Shown one piece after another: positions 16,928 through 25,322 of a stretch of 26,704 nt of DNA. Under the pieces are notes generated by a model. It was given only the letters and a program-made list of their open reading frames with translations, made no database searches and was not told the DNA's origin. The translations under genes were made by a program, and so were the position numbers. The stretch covers positions 1-26,704 of the forward strand of contig JBGSIV010000206.1 in NCBI GenBank assembly GCA_041742355.1, given 5' to 3'. The stretch comes from Candidatus Zixiibacteriota bacterium. GTDB lineage: Bacteria > Zixibacteria > MSB-5A5 > GN15 > FEB-12. Numbering within the stretch: the first letter of the stretch is position 1; the number at the start of each line of letters is the position of its first letter.

Positions 16928-19153
16928 TCAGCAGGCAGGGGGCGGCCCGCCCCGGAAGAGATAGTTTACAAGGAAGGTGAGGTCGGAGATGTTCAGGATC
17001 CCATCGTTGTTGACATCGGCTGCGACCGCAACCGGTGGCGGCGTTCCACTTCGAAACAGGAAGTTAACCAGGAAGGTGAGGTCCGACACGCTGATCCCTC
17101 CCGAGCCGTCGACATCCCCGCACACGTAGGGCAGGTAGGTCAGCGTACGCACCGGTGATTCCGAGGTGTTGCCCGCGGGATCGGCCGCGCGGACTTTCCA
17201 GTAAACCGGCGTCCCGCTCGGCAGCGGCTCGCCCGGATCAAGCGACCACTGGTTCGTCACCGTGTACGCACGCGTCGCTGATCCTGCGGGGAAGAGGGGA
17301 TCGGTCGACACCGACAGCGTGTAGTCCAGGAGCGGTTCGGCCGGGTCGTCATCCCACACAAACAGCGGGGTGGCGTCGTTGGTGATTTTCTCGTGCTCGG
17401 GCAGCAGCAATTGCGGCATTGACGGCGGCACGCGGTCGATGGTGAATGCCTGCACCGCCGAGTAGGCCGAGGAGTCATCACCGGCTACCGTAAGTGTCTT
17501 GACCCGCCAGTACCAGACGCCGTCGGCGATGGGGCCCGGACCGGCAGAGAGGTTGGTATCGGTGATCTGGGTAATGACTCCCGCGCTGAAGTCGGCGGTC
17601 GGGCTCACCTCAAGGCGGTAACGGTCCTCGTTGTGTTTCCAGGAGGTCGCCCAGGAGAAGGTCACGTCGTTGGCAATCATCCCATCCACTGGAACCTGCA
17701 GCCTCGGTTCGAGCAGGGGCAAGTACCAGTTGGCCGTGTAGACCTCGGAGTTGCCGTCGCGGGAGTCGGTCCAGACAGCATTGATCTTGTCGTGAAAGGC
17801 CGTCACCCCGATATACTCGCCGATCAGGCCGGCCGTGGGTGATGCCAGGGGACGCTGAAAGCCGTTTTCGTCGTAAGTCCAGGGAGCCTGGCCATCAGCC
17901 ATTTTCAGCGCAGCCGGTGATGACGAAACGGCGGAGATGCGATGGTTCGCCGTGAACGTCTCCCCGCCGTCGAAGCTGTACGCGGCTATTAGATCGAAGA
18001 GAAAGTGGCCGGCGTCGTATCGTTGGTCATAGAATATGACAATCACCATACCCTCGTCGTTGACAATCAGCCAGGGGTGGAAGTTGTCGGTGAGGTCGCT
18101 GTTGACGTCATCATTGATCTGCAGCCGCCCCGACCAGGTTAAGCCGTTGTCGATCGAACGGACCACATCGACATCGGAATTGCCCGCGCCATCCTCCGGG
18201 CCGATGTTGGTAAACGCGATATACACGTGGCCGTCGAACGGCCCGCCGGTGATGTCGGCATCCGAAGCCGGCTGCGAGTACGTCGCGATGCCGCCGTCGG
18301 CCTGGGTCCAGCCCGACACGGGCGTCACGATGCGTTCCGACGCGAAGGTCTGCCCTCCGTCGGTTGAGAATCGCTGCTTGAGCGATGTCACCCCGGTGCA
18401 TTGGGCTCCGGAATCGAGGGCAAATCCCTGCCAGAAGACATGGACGCTGCCGTCCGACGCTACCACCGGATTGGCAAACTGGCCCGCATCGATCTGCGCG
18501 GTACCGCAGCCGGTAGAGGTCTGGACAGGGCCGATGATGAGGGTGTCGTCGAAAGTCTCCGCGCCGTCGATGGAGCGGACAAACATGATCCGGTTGGGGT
18601 TGTCAAATCGCGCCCAGGCGCAGTACAGGGTGCCGTCGTATGGTCCGCCGGTGCGGTCGACCGTGATGAACTGCTTGTCCTCGAAAAACGTCCCCAACGG
18701 GGCGTGGGCAAAGGGGCCCAGCCACGAGACGCCCTTGTCGTCGGATCGGTAGAATCCGATGATGGAGCCGTTGATATCCTGCCCCGGAATGTAGTCGAGG
18801 ACCGACATGTAAAACCGGCCGAGGCGATCCACCGTCATGGTCGGATCAGACTGCTGCGACTGCTCCTTAAAGTACTGGTTGGTCCAGGGGATGAGCGAAT
18901 CGGTCCAGGTATAGCCGCCGTCGGTGGATCGCCCGATGCCGACCTGGCGGAAGCCAAGCCGGAAATCCCGCCAGTTGGCGATCACAACAAGGGAGTCGGT
19001 CGGGCAGATAAAGACCTGCTCCTCGTTGTTGAGTTGGGGGATGGTAGTGATGCGGATATTGGGGGGCGGGGGAAGGTTGCTGTCGGCATTTGCGGCCGAT
19101 GTCAGGGCCATGACGAGGCCGCTCAGAAGCAAGGCGATAACGATTGTACGCAC
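16928..19153 (-). CDS. Secreted BNR/Asp-box (sialidase-like) beta-propeller with two FN3/Ig-like domains and C-terminal dockerin
   Basis: Signal peptide after GGAGG-GTG; Asp boxes STDGGYTW, SDDKGVSW, SIDGAETF, STDGGQTF, SIDNGLTW, SFDGGETF; WYWRVK and VYWKVRA; CGDVDGSGGISVSDLTFLVNFLF / ADVNNDGILNISDLTFLVNYLF. Confidence 0.88.
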   Translation of the reverse strand: MRTIVIALLLSGLVMALTSAANADSNLPPPPNIRITTIPQLNNEEQVFICPTDSLVVIANWRDFRLGFRQVGIGRSTDGGYTWTDSLIPWTNQYFKEQSQQSDPTMTVDRLGRFYMSVLDYIPGQDINGSIIGFYRSDDKGVSWLGPFAHAPLGTFFEDKQFITVDRTGGPYDGTLYCAWARFDNPNRIMFVRSIDGAETFDDTLIIGPVQTSTGCGTAQIDAGQFANPVVASDGSVHVFWQGFALDSGAQCTGVTSLKQRFSTDGGQTFASERIVTPVSGWTQADGGIATYSQPASDADITGGPFDGHVYIAFTNIGPEDGAGNSDVDVVRSIDNGLTWSGRLQINDDVNSDLTDNFHPWLIVNDEGMVIVIFYDQRYDAGHFLFDLIAAYSFDGGETFTANHRISAVSSSPAALKMADGQAPWTYDENGFQRPLASPTAGLIGEYIGVTAFHDKINAVWTDSRDGNSEVYTANWYLPLLEPRLQVPVDGMIANDVTFSWATSWKHNEDRYRLEVSPTADFSAGVITQITDTNLSAGPGPIADGVWYWRVKTLTVAGDDSSAYSAVQAFTIDRVPPSMPQLLLPEHEKITNDATPLFVWDDDPAEPLLDYTLSVSTDPLFPAGSATRAYTVTNQWSLDPGEPLPSGTPVYWKVRAADPAGNTSESPVRTLTYLPYVCGDVDGSGGISVSDLTFLVNFLFRSGTPPPVAVAADVNNDGILNISDLTFLVNYLFRGGPPPAC

Positions 19154-19255
19154 GGCATCCTCCGTTGGGGCTGCTGGAGTGTCGCTTGGCGGCAACCCGC
19201 GAGGCGGGTTTGGGGGTAGTCGCTAAGTATAAAGACGAATACCGTCCGAGTTGGT

Positions 19256-20614
19256 TTATTCCTTTTTCGGCTTCCGCGGGCTTTTTTCGCGAAAGGCGCG
19301 GTATTTGTCGAGGTACTCCCGGATCTTGGCCTCGCGACCTGCTCCGGAGGGCTCGTAGTAGCGGGTGCCGGCCAGTTCATCGGGAAAGTGCTCCTGGTCG
19401 GTCAGGGCATTTTCGAAGTCATGGGCGTACTGGTAGCCCTTGCCGTAGCCGAGGTCTTTCATGAGTCGAGTGGGGGCGTTGCGAATGTGCAGCGGGACCG
19501 GCAGCGAGCCCTTTTCGGACGCGTCTTTCTTCGCCCGGTCGAACGCGATATAGGCGGCGTTGGACTTGGGGGCGCTGGCCATGTATATCACGAGCATGGC
19601 GATTCCGAGCTCGCCTTCGGGGGAGCCGAGGAAGTGGTACGTGTCGCGGGCGTTGAGGGCGAGGGTCAGAGCGTAAGGGTCGGCCAGGCCGATATCCTCG
19701 GTGGCGAAGCGAATGAGGCGACGGACCACGTAGAGCGGATCCTCGCCGGAGTCGAGCATGCGGGCCAGCCAGTAGAGGGAGGCATCGGGATCGCCGCCGC
19801 GGAGAGATTTGTGCAGGGCGGAGATGATGTTGTAGTGCTCCTCCCCCGCCTTGTCATAGAGGAGCGCCCCCTTCTGGTGAATCTCATGGAGGATGTCGGA
19901 AGTGAGGGCGCCGCCCGGGCCGACGAAGGTCGCGGCCGCTTCGACCAGGGAGAGCGCCCGGCGTGCGTCGCCATCGGCGGCGGCCGCAAGGAAATCCAGC
20001 CCCGCATCGTCGATCGTCAGGCGCACCTCTCCGAGCCCCCGCTCGTTGTCCTCCAGCGCCCGCCGCACCAGCGCCTTGATGCCGTCGGAGGTGATCCGGT
20101 CCAGCGTGTAGACCCGCATTCGGGAAAGGAGCGCCGAGTTGACCTCAAACGACGGATTCTCGGTGGTCGCGCCAATCAGGACGATATCCCCCTTTTCGAC
20201 ATAGGGGAGGAAAGCATCCTGCTGGGCTTTATTGAAACGGTGGATTTCATCGATAAAGACGTAGGTCCGGTGGCCGGACATGCGGTAGTACCCACCGGCT
20301 TTGGCGAGGACCTCCTTCACATCTTTGATCGAGGACGTGACAGCCGAGAACGGCACGAATTGGCCTTTGGTGGAGCGGGCGATGAGCGCGGCAAGAGTCG
20401 TCTTGCCGGTACCGGGAGGCCCCCAGAAGACGAGCGAACCGACGCGGTCTTCCTCGATTGCTTTGCGAAGAGGTTTGCCCGGGCCGATGATGTTCTCCTG
20501 GCCGACAAATTCATCGAACGTGCGGGGGCGCATCCGGTCGGCGAGGGGGATATTTCGGTCGGTCGAATCCGCCTTTTCGGGCGTCTGGTCATGGTTCTGG
20601 TCGAAGAAGTCCAT
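19256..20614 (-). CDS. rarA: Replication-associated recombination protein A (RarA/MgsA AAA+ ATPase)
   Basis: PLADRMRP, WGPPGTGKTT, FIDEIHRFNKAQQD, GATTENPSFEVN, HY.IISALHKS.RG, EDIGLADP, VP.HIRNAPT.LMK.LGYG. Confidence 0.96.
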   Translation of the reverse strand: MDFFDQNHDQTPEKADSTDRNIPLADRMRPRTFDEFVGQENIIGPGKPLRKAIEEDRVGSLVFWGPPGTGKTTLAALIARSTKGQFVPFSAVTSSIKDVKEVLAKAGGYYRMSGHRTYVFIDEIHRFNKAQQDAFLPYVEKGDIVLIGATTENPSFEVNSALLSRMRVYTLDRITSDGIKALVRRALEDNERGLGEVRLTIDDAGLDFLAAAADGDARRALSLVEAAATFVGPGGALTSDILHEIHQKGALLYDKAGEEHYNIISALHKSLRGGDPDASLYWLARMLDSGEDPLYVVRRLIRFATEDIGLADPYALTLALNARDTYHFLGSPEGELGIAMLVIYMASAPKSNAAYIAFDRAKKDASEKGSLPVPLHIRNAPTRLMKDLGYGKGYQYAHDFENALTDQEHFPDELAGTRYYEPSGAGREAKIREYLDKYRAFREKSPRKPKKE

Positions 20615-20621
20615 CGGTGGT

Positions 20622-20650
20622 AGTATACAGTGCGCCGTGAATTCACACAA
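20622..20650 (-). promoter_or_regulatory. rarA promoter (probably leaderless transcript)
   Basis: Minus strand TTGTGT-N17-TATACT, 7 nt before ATG 20614; no SD sequence. Confidence 0.65.
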
Positions 20651-20686
20651 TCACAATAGGTTGAGCACTGCCGCCCGAGAAAAGCA

Positions 20687-20715
20687 TTGACAGTGGCAGC
20701 CATTATGACTATATT
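20687..20715 (+). promoter_or_regulatory. Near-consensus sigma70 promoter of the cohesin-dockerin genes
   Basis: TTGACA-N17-TATATT. Confidence 0.75.
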
Positions 20716-20841
20716 CGAAGCGCTATTGCATGAACGACCTGTTCACACTAACCGCAAGTCGGATAGCTCATATCGTACTTCGCTCACGACTGATCATTAA
20801 GGCCCTTGTCCGATAACCGCCATCAGTGGGAGGAGTACGGT

Positions 20842-22383
20842 ATGGTGTCCATTCATCGGGTCCGGTGCTATTCGAGGCTTGCCCTGCTTTGCTTCGTCAG
20901 TCTCGCTTTCTTCGGCGGACCCGCGCTAGCCGGTAATCCCCGGTTCAGTATAGAGATTTCGCACAGCACCCCGTTGGGTAGCCAGCAGGAAGTCAGCGTT
21001 TACCTCGAATTCGATGCAGAGGAACCGACGGCGGTAAACCAGATCAGCCGCTTCAACCTGCTCTTTCAGTACGACACTGCTTTCGCGACCTTCCAATACG
21101 CCGAGGCTGGTTCGGTTCTAATCGGCTGCACCTGGGAGGCGTTCAGTTGGAGCGTGGACGGAAATGCTGACTGCGGCGGGACTCCCTGCCCGCCGGGGAC
21201 GATCTCCCTTTCGGCGGAAGCGGATGTTGACAATGGCGGCGCCCACCCTCTCTGCCTGGCTGAGTCCAGCGGCGAAATCGCCGTTCTTCATTTCCAGATC
21301 TCCGACAATCCGGGACATGAGTGTTACTTCAGCCCCATTGAGTTCACCTGGTACTCCTGCAGCGACAATTCAGCCTCGCCGGGAGTCGGCTCAGATACAG
21401 TTCTCCTCTCAGACGGCGTTCTGAATTTCGTGGGCTGGTACGGGTGGTACTACAATATCGCCGCCGATGCTCCCTTCCCCACGCATTTCGGCGCGCCTTC
21501 GGCTTGCCTCCTTGGCTTTCCTCCGGGACAGGTGCCGATTCGCGCGATCGATTTTGAAGTCCCGGGCGGTATCGACATTGTCTGCGCCGACTCGATTGAC
21601 GAGCGGGGCGACTTCAATCTCAACGCTATTGCGTACGAGATCGCTGATGCTGTCTATTTCGCCAACTACTTCTGGTACGGACCGTCGGTACTCTTTGACG
21701 ACTCGGGCATGCGGGCACGCCAGATCGCCGGTTCGGACATCAATGATAACGGCATGCCGCTTGAACTTGACGATCTCGTTTACCTGACGCGCGTAATAGT
21801 CGGAGAAGTGCTCCCGTTCCCGAGGCCGGTGCTGGTGCCGTCAGATACAGCAGTGATTGTGCAGGACGGCGCGGCCGGGACGGTGACGATCACTTACCCT
21901 GATGGGCTGCGGGCTGTGTGGCTGCAATTCACTGACAGCGTAATCATGACGGACATGCTCGACGGCAACGCTCCCGGCTGGGGGCGCAGTCCGGACGAAG
22001 TCAGCGCCAAGTCACCTCTGCTGATCAGCTTTTTGGCCCAAACCATACCGTCGACTGCCGCAGGCCTGCGCTTGTTTGACTACACGGGGCCGGGGCAGCT
22101 CATAGAAGGCCACGCATCGTACGACGGCCTCACAAAGGTCCCGGTGAAGGTCGTGCGGTTCAATATGCCGCCTTGTTGTCAGCAGCGAGGGGATCTGAAC
22201 ATGAACGGTGCGGTCACCATTTCAGATCTCACGTATCTGGTGAACCACCTCTTCAAGGGCGGCCCGGGGTCGGCGTGCTTCGAGCATGCTGATGTCAATG
22301 CCGACAACTCCCTTACCGTGGCTGACCTCACCGGGCTGGTGAGCTACCTGTTCAAAAACGCCGAAGCTGTGCCCTGCGGATGA
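20842..22383 (+). CDS. Secreted protein: Cys-rich cohesin-like domain, internal variant dockerin, small beta domain, C-terminal dockerin
   Basis: GGAGGAG RBS; signal peptide; EVSVYL...FNLLFQYD...GEIAVLHFQI (cohesin-like strands); RGDFNLNAIAYEIAD / SDINDNGMPLELDD; CCQQRGDLNMNGAVTISDLTYLV / HADVNADNSLTVADLT. Confidence 0.8.
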   Translation: MVSIHRVRCYSRLALLCFVSLAFFGGPALAGNPRFSIEISHSTPLGSQQEVSVYLEFDAEEPTAVNQISRFNLLFQYDTAFATFQYAEAGSVLIGCTWEAFSWSVDGNADCGGTPCPPGTISLSAEADVDNGGAHPLCLAESSGEIAVLHFQISDNPGHECYFSPIEFTWYSCSDNSASPGVGSDTVLLSDGVLNFVGWYGWYYNIAADAPFPTHFGAPSACLLGFPPGQVPIRAIDFEVPGGIDIVCADSIDERGDFNLNAIAYEIADAVYFANYFWYGPSVLFDDSGMRARQIAGSDINDNGMPLELDDLVYLTRVIVGEVLPFPRPVLVPSDTAVIVQDGAAGTVTITYPDGLRAVWLQFTDSVIMTDMLDGNAPGWGRSPDEVSAKSPLLISFLAQTIPSTAAGLRLFDYTGPGQLIEGHASYDGLTKVPVKVVRFNMPPCCQQRGDLNMNGAVTISDLTYLVNHLFKGGPGSACFEHADVNADNSLTVADLTGLVSYLFKNAEAVPCG

Positions 22384-22420
22384 CGCAGATTTGTGGGGTT
22401 GTGCTGCTGTACCAACGCAA

Positions 22421-22445
22421 GGAGCCGGTCGGATGTACCGGCTCC
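22421..22445. repeat. Intergenic hairpin between the paralogues
   Basis: ggagccggt-cggatgt-accggctcc; no U-tract. Confidence 0.5.
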
Positions 22446-22550
22446 GATGACACCGGAACAACTGAATTGAGGAATATGGAGAGCCTATCGCGCCAGAGCT
22501 AATCACCCATGTGCGTGTTGCCGAAACTCAACCTATAGGGAGGTGCGACA

Positions 22551-24986
22551 GTGCATCGTGATGAACTCCGGACGCCCCGGATCGGGTGGGCGCTGATTTT
22601 TCTGCTCGGGGCGCTCCCGTTGCTCCCCGGCCCGATCTGGAGCCAGACCCAGCCATCTGCCGTCTACATTGGGACGGCCGACAGTGTTATTCCCGGCAGC
22701 GCCGTTGAGCTGCCGGTGGAGTACTGGTACTTTGGCGACTCATTCTCGTTCGCCGGTTTTGACCTGCTGCTCGCCTTCGATGCCGCCCACTCCCAGCTTG
22801 TGAGTATCGCCCCGGGCGACTTGCTTATCGACTGCGAATGGGAGTACTTCACCTACCGTTCATCAATCGACTCGACCGTTCCTCCCGGCGAACTGAACGG
22901 TCGCCTTCGCCTTGTCGCTCTGGCCGAAACCAATAACGGGGACATCCATCCGTCCTGTCCACTTGATTCGTCCGGCGGCCTGGCCGTTCTGACGTTCGCA
23001 ATCTCCGCAGACGCATCGCTTGAGGAGACTTACCTGCCCATCCGGTTCTACTGGGCGGACTGCGGTGACAATGTGTTTTCCACGACAGCCGGCGACACCC
23101 TGGTCGTGTCGGGCCGGGTAATCGAGCATGGCCAATATATCACCGCCGACGCCCCGTTTCCGAGCTATACCGGGACGCCGTCCTCATGTCTCACTGCTCC
23201 GGCAGGCAGCGTGGTGCGGTGGCTTGATTTCTACCACGGCGGCGTGTATTTGATCGCCGATGACTCGGTGCACCCTAATCCGCCCCCCGACGTCTCGGTT
23301 CGTATCGCTCCCCCGCCGTATCTTCAACCGGGCGACACCGGCATCGTGCGGGTCGTGATCGACAGTATCTCTCCCGGGTTTGAGACCGGCGGCTTCAACC
23401 TCTTTCTGCAGTACGACTCCTCCGCGATAACCGTCCTCTCGGTCGAGCAAGGCCAAATTCTCACCGACTGCGGATGGGAGCTCTTCGCCTGGCGCCACGG
23501 CGGCACCAATGACTGCAACGGCGGGCCATGCGAAAAGCCCACCATACACATCACCGCCCTGGCCGATTACCTCACCCCCGGCTTTCCACTGTGCTGGGCT
23601 ATCTCCGAAGGGGAAGTCGCACGCCTGACCGTTGTCGCGAACAGCGATCCCGCCTCGATCCTCTCTGCGTACCCGATCGAATGGGCCTGGTACGGCTGCA
23701 CCGACAACGAGTGGGCGTCGAAGAACGGCGACTCGGTGTATATCTCGCGCCGGGTGTTCGATCACAGCGGTGTGGAGATTACGGCCGAATCGGCCTTTCC
23801 GACCGTCACCGGTTCGCCATCGTCCTGCCTCCCCTCGCCGACCATCATCCGCTCGATCGACTACGGCCACGGTCTGATCGACATTGTCTCGGCCGATTCG
23901 CTGGATAGTCGAGGGGATGTCAACTATAACGGCACCGCGTACGAGATCGCGGACTGGGTGCTTTTCCTTCACTACTTCTTCTTCGGGATTGAAGTATTCG
24001 ATAACAATCCGCCGGAACAGATTGCCGCCACCGATTTGAACGCGGACGACGTTCCGCTCACGCTCGACGACCTGACCTACCTGATGCGGATTGTGATTGG
24101 CGATGCCCTGCCGTATCCGCGGCTGCCGGCCACGAATGACACGCTGATTGTCGAACAGAATAGGGCTGCGGGGACGGTCTCGTTCGCATGGCCCCGTTCG
24201 GTGCGGGCATTGTATTTGAAGTTCGATGACTCGGTCGATGTCGCCTTTGACTCCCGACTCGCTTCCAGTGAGGCCGGCGCCGGTGTTCTCAGGGACTCGA
24301 CCATAGTGCTGATCACGCCGCCGTTCCCGAATTCCGATACGCTGGCGTCATTTTCGTCGGGCAGGGTACTCACCTACGCGGGGAACGCCAATCTGGTCCA
24401 CGCCGAAGCGTCGTATGACGGCCAAGTGGCGATTCCGGTGGTGATCAGATCGGCGGCCGGGCCGGTCCGCGTGCAGATCACGCCTGATACGTACTCGGTG
24501 GCACAGATCGACAGTGTCGTGCCGATTCCGGCGGTCCTGTATATCGGTAATATGGTGGGCTGTGCGCCGGGTGAAATCGATCCGGCGACAGTTCGAATCA
24601 ACGGCACTATCGCCGGGCAGTCCTGGAGCATCGTGCCGCCGCCGCAAGGATTCTCAGGTGATGTACTTGCGGTCAATTTCGACGCATGGGGGCTCATTGC
24701 GCCGCTCTTCCCTTCCTGGGGCACGGACACCGTCGGCTGTTCGGTCTCGTGGCTGGCCGCTCAGGGCTGTCCTCAAGGGGGAACAGGCGCCATTTCGCTT
24801 ATCGGCTACCGGCTGGGCGATGTCAACGCGGACGGCGCTATCAACGTGTCCGATCTGACATTGCTGGTGGCCTATTTCTTCAGGGACGGAGCATCCCATG
24901 TTTCTGCGGAGTCAGCGGACGTCAACAACACCGGATCGGCGACAGTCCGCGATCTGGTGACACTGGTTGAGATTCTCTTCCACTGA
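22551..24986 (+). CDS. Secreted protein: two Cys-rich cohesin-like domains, internal variant dockerin, two beta domains, C-terminal dockerin
   Basis: GGGAGGT RBS before GTG; signal peptide; PGSAVELPV...GFDLLLAFD and PGDTGIVRV...GFNLFLQYD; RGDVNYNGTAYEIAD / TDLNADDVPLTLDD; GDVNADGAINVSDLT / ADVNNTGSATVRDL. Confidence 0.82.
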   Translation: MHRDELRTPRIGWALIFLLGALPLLPGPIWSQTQPSAVYIGTADSVIPGSAVELPVEYWYFGDSFSFAGFDLLLAFDAAHSQLVSIAPGDLLIDCEWEYFTYRSSIDSTVPPGELNGRLRLVALAETNNGDIHPSCPLDSSGGLAVLTFAISADASLEETYLPIRFYWADCGDNVFSTTAGDTLVVSGRVIEHGQYITADAPFPSYTGTPSSCLTAPAGSVVRWLDFYHGGVYLIADDSVHPNPPPDVSVRIAPPPYLQPGDTGIVRVVIDSISPGFETGGFNLFLQYDSSAITVLSVEQGQILTDCGWELFAWRHGGTNDCNGGPCEKPTIHITALADYLTPGFPLCWAISEGEVARLTVVANSDPASILSAYPIEWAWYGCTDNEWASKNGDSVYISRRVFDHSGVEITAESAFPTVTGSPSSCLPSPTIIRSIDYGHGLIDIVSADSLDSRGDVNYNGTAYEIADWVLFLHYFFFGIEVFDNNPPEQIAATDLNADDVPLTLDDLTYLMRIVIGDALPYPRLPATNDTLIVEQNRAAGTVSFAWPRSVRALYLKFDDSVDVAFDSRLASSEAGAGVLRDSTIVLITPPFPNSDTLASFSSGRVLTYAGNANLVHAEASYDGQVAIPVVIRSAAGPVRVQITPDTYSVAQIDSVVPIPAVLYIGNMVGCAPGEIDPATVRINGTIAGQSWSIVPPPQGFSGDVLAVNFDAWGLIAPLFPSWGTDTVGCSVSWLAAQGCPQGGTGAISLIGYRLGDVNADGAINVSDLTLLVAYFFRDGASHVSAESADVNNTGSATVRDLVTLVEILFH

Positions 24987-25011
24987 TTGGGACAGGTATT
25001 CTAGGGTGTGT

Positions 25012-25044
25012 GGACGGGCGGCCGCAAGTTGGCCGCCCGTTTTC
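25012..25044 (+). terminator. Rho-independent terminator
   Basis: acgggcggcc-gcaagtt-ggccgcccgt-tttc just after the stop at 24986. Confidence 0.75.
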
Positions 25045-25093
25045 TATGTCTTGTACGGGCAAAGGGTTATGGTATGGGGGCGTGAAAAAACGT

Positions 25094-25122
25094 TTGCCCT
25101 TGGCCAGTGCACTTACTATAAT
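25094..25122 (+). promoter_or_regulatory. Sigma70 promoter of the DAACS transporter
   Basis: TTGCCC-N17-TATAAT. Confidence 0.75.
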
Positions 25123-25322
25123 GGTAGGATATATGCAGTTGGAAATAGGTTTGCCATAGCAAAGCCGTGATCGGCTTGCCCCGGCCCCGGCAGGGATCGT
25201 CGATGCAGATTGGCCGCGATCGACCTGCGCGGGGGGAGCAGCTTCCCATCGTCGGTAATCACCACCATGCCGCAATCAAGCGCAATCGGGGCGCAGCAAA
25301 CGCAGAAGAACAAAAGGAACCA

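Noticed and set aside
20731..20745. Gram-positive LexA box near rarA
   Set aside because: The spacer is N5 rather than the N4 of GAAC-N4-GTTC, and it lies on the far side of the divergent promoter; kept only as a generic operator candidate.
22470..22535. Glycine riboswitch-like fragments (ggagag...cgcc...gaaactc)
   Set aside because: Lacks the CCGAAG and CTCAGG core elements, and the gene context does not fit.
25135..25200. c-di-GMP-I riboswitch (gcaaagcc)
   Set aside because: No GCAAAC...GAAA tetraloop P2 or receptor arrangement is visible.
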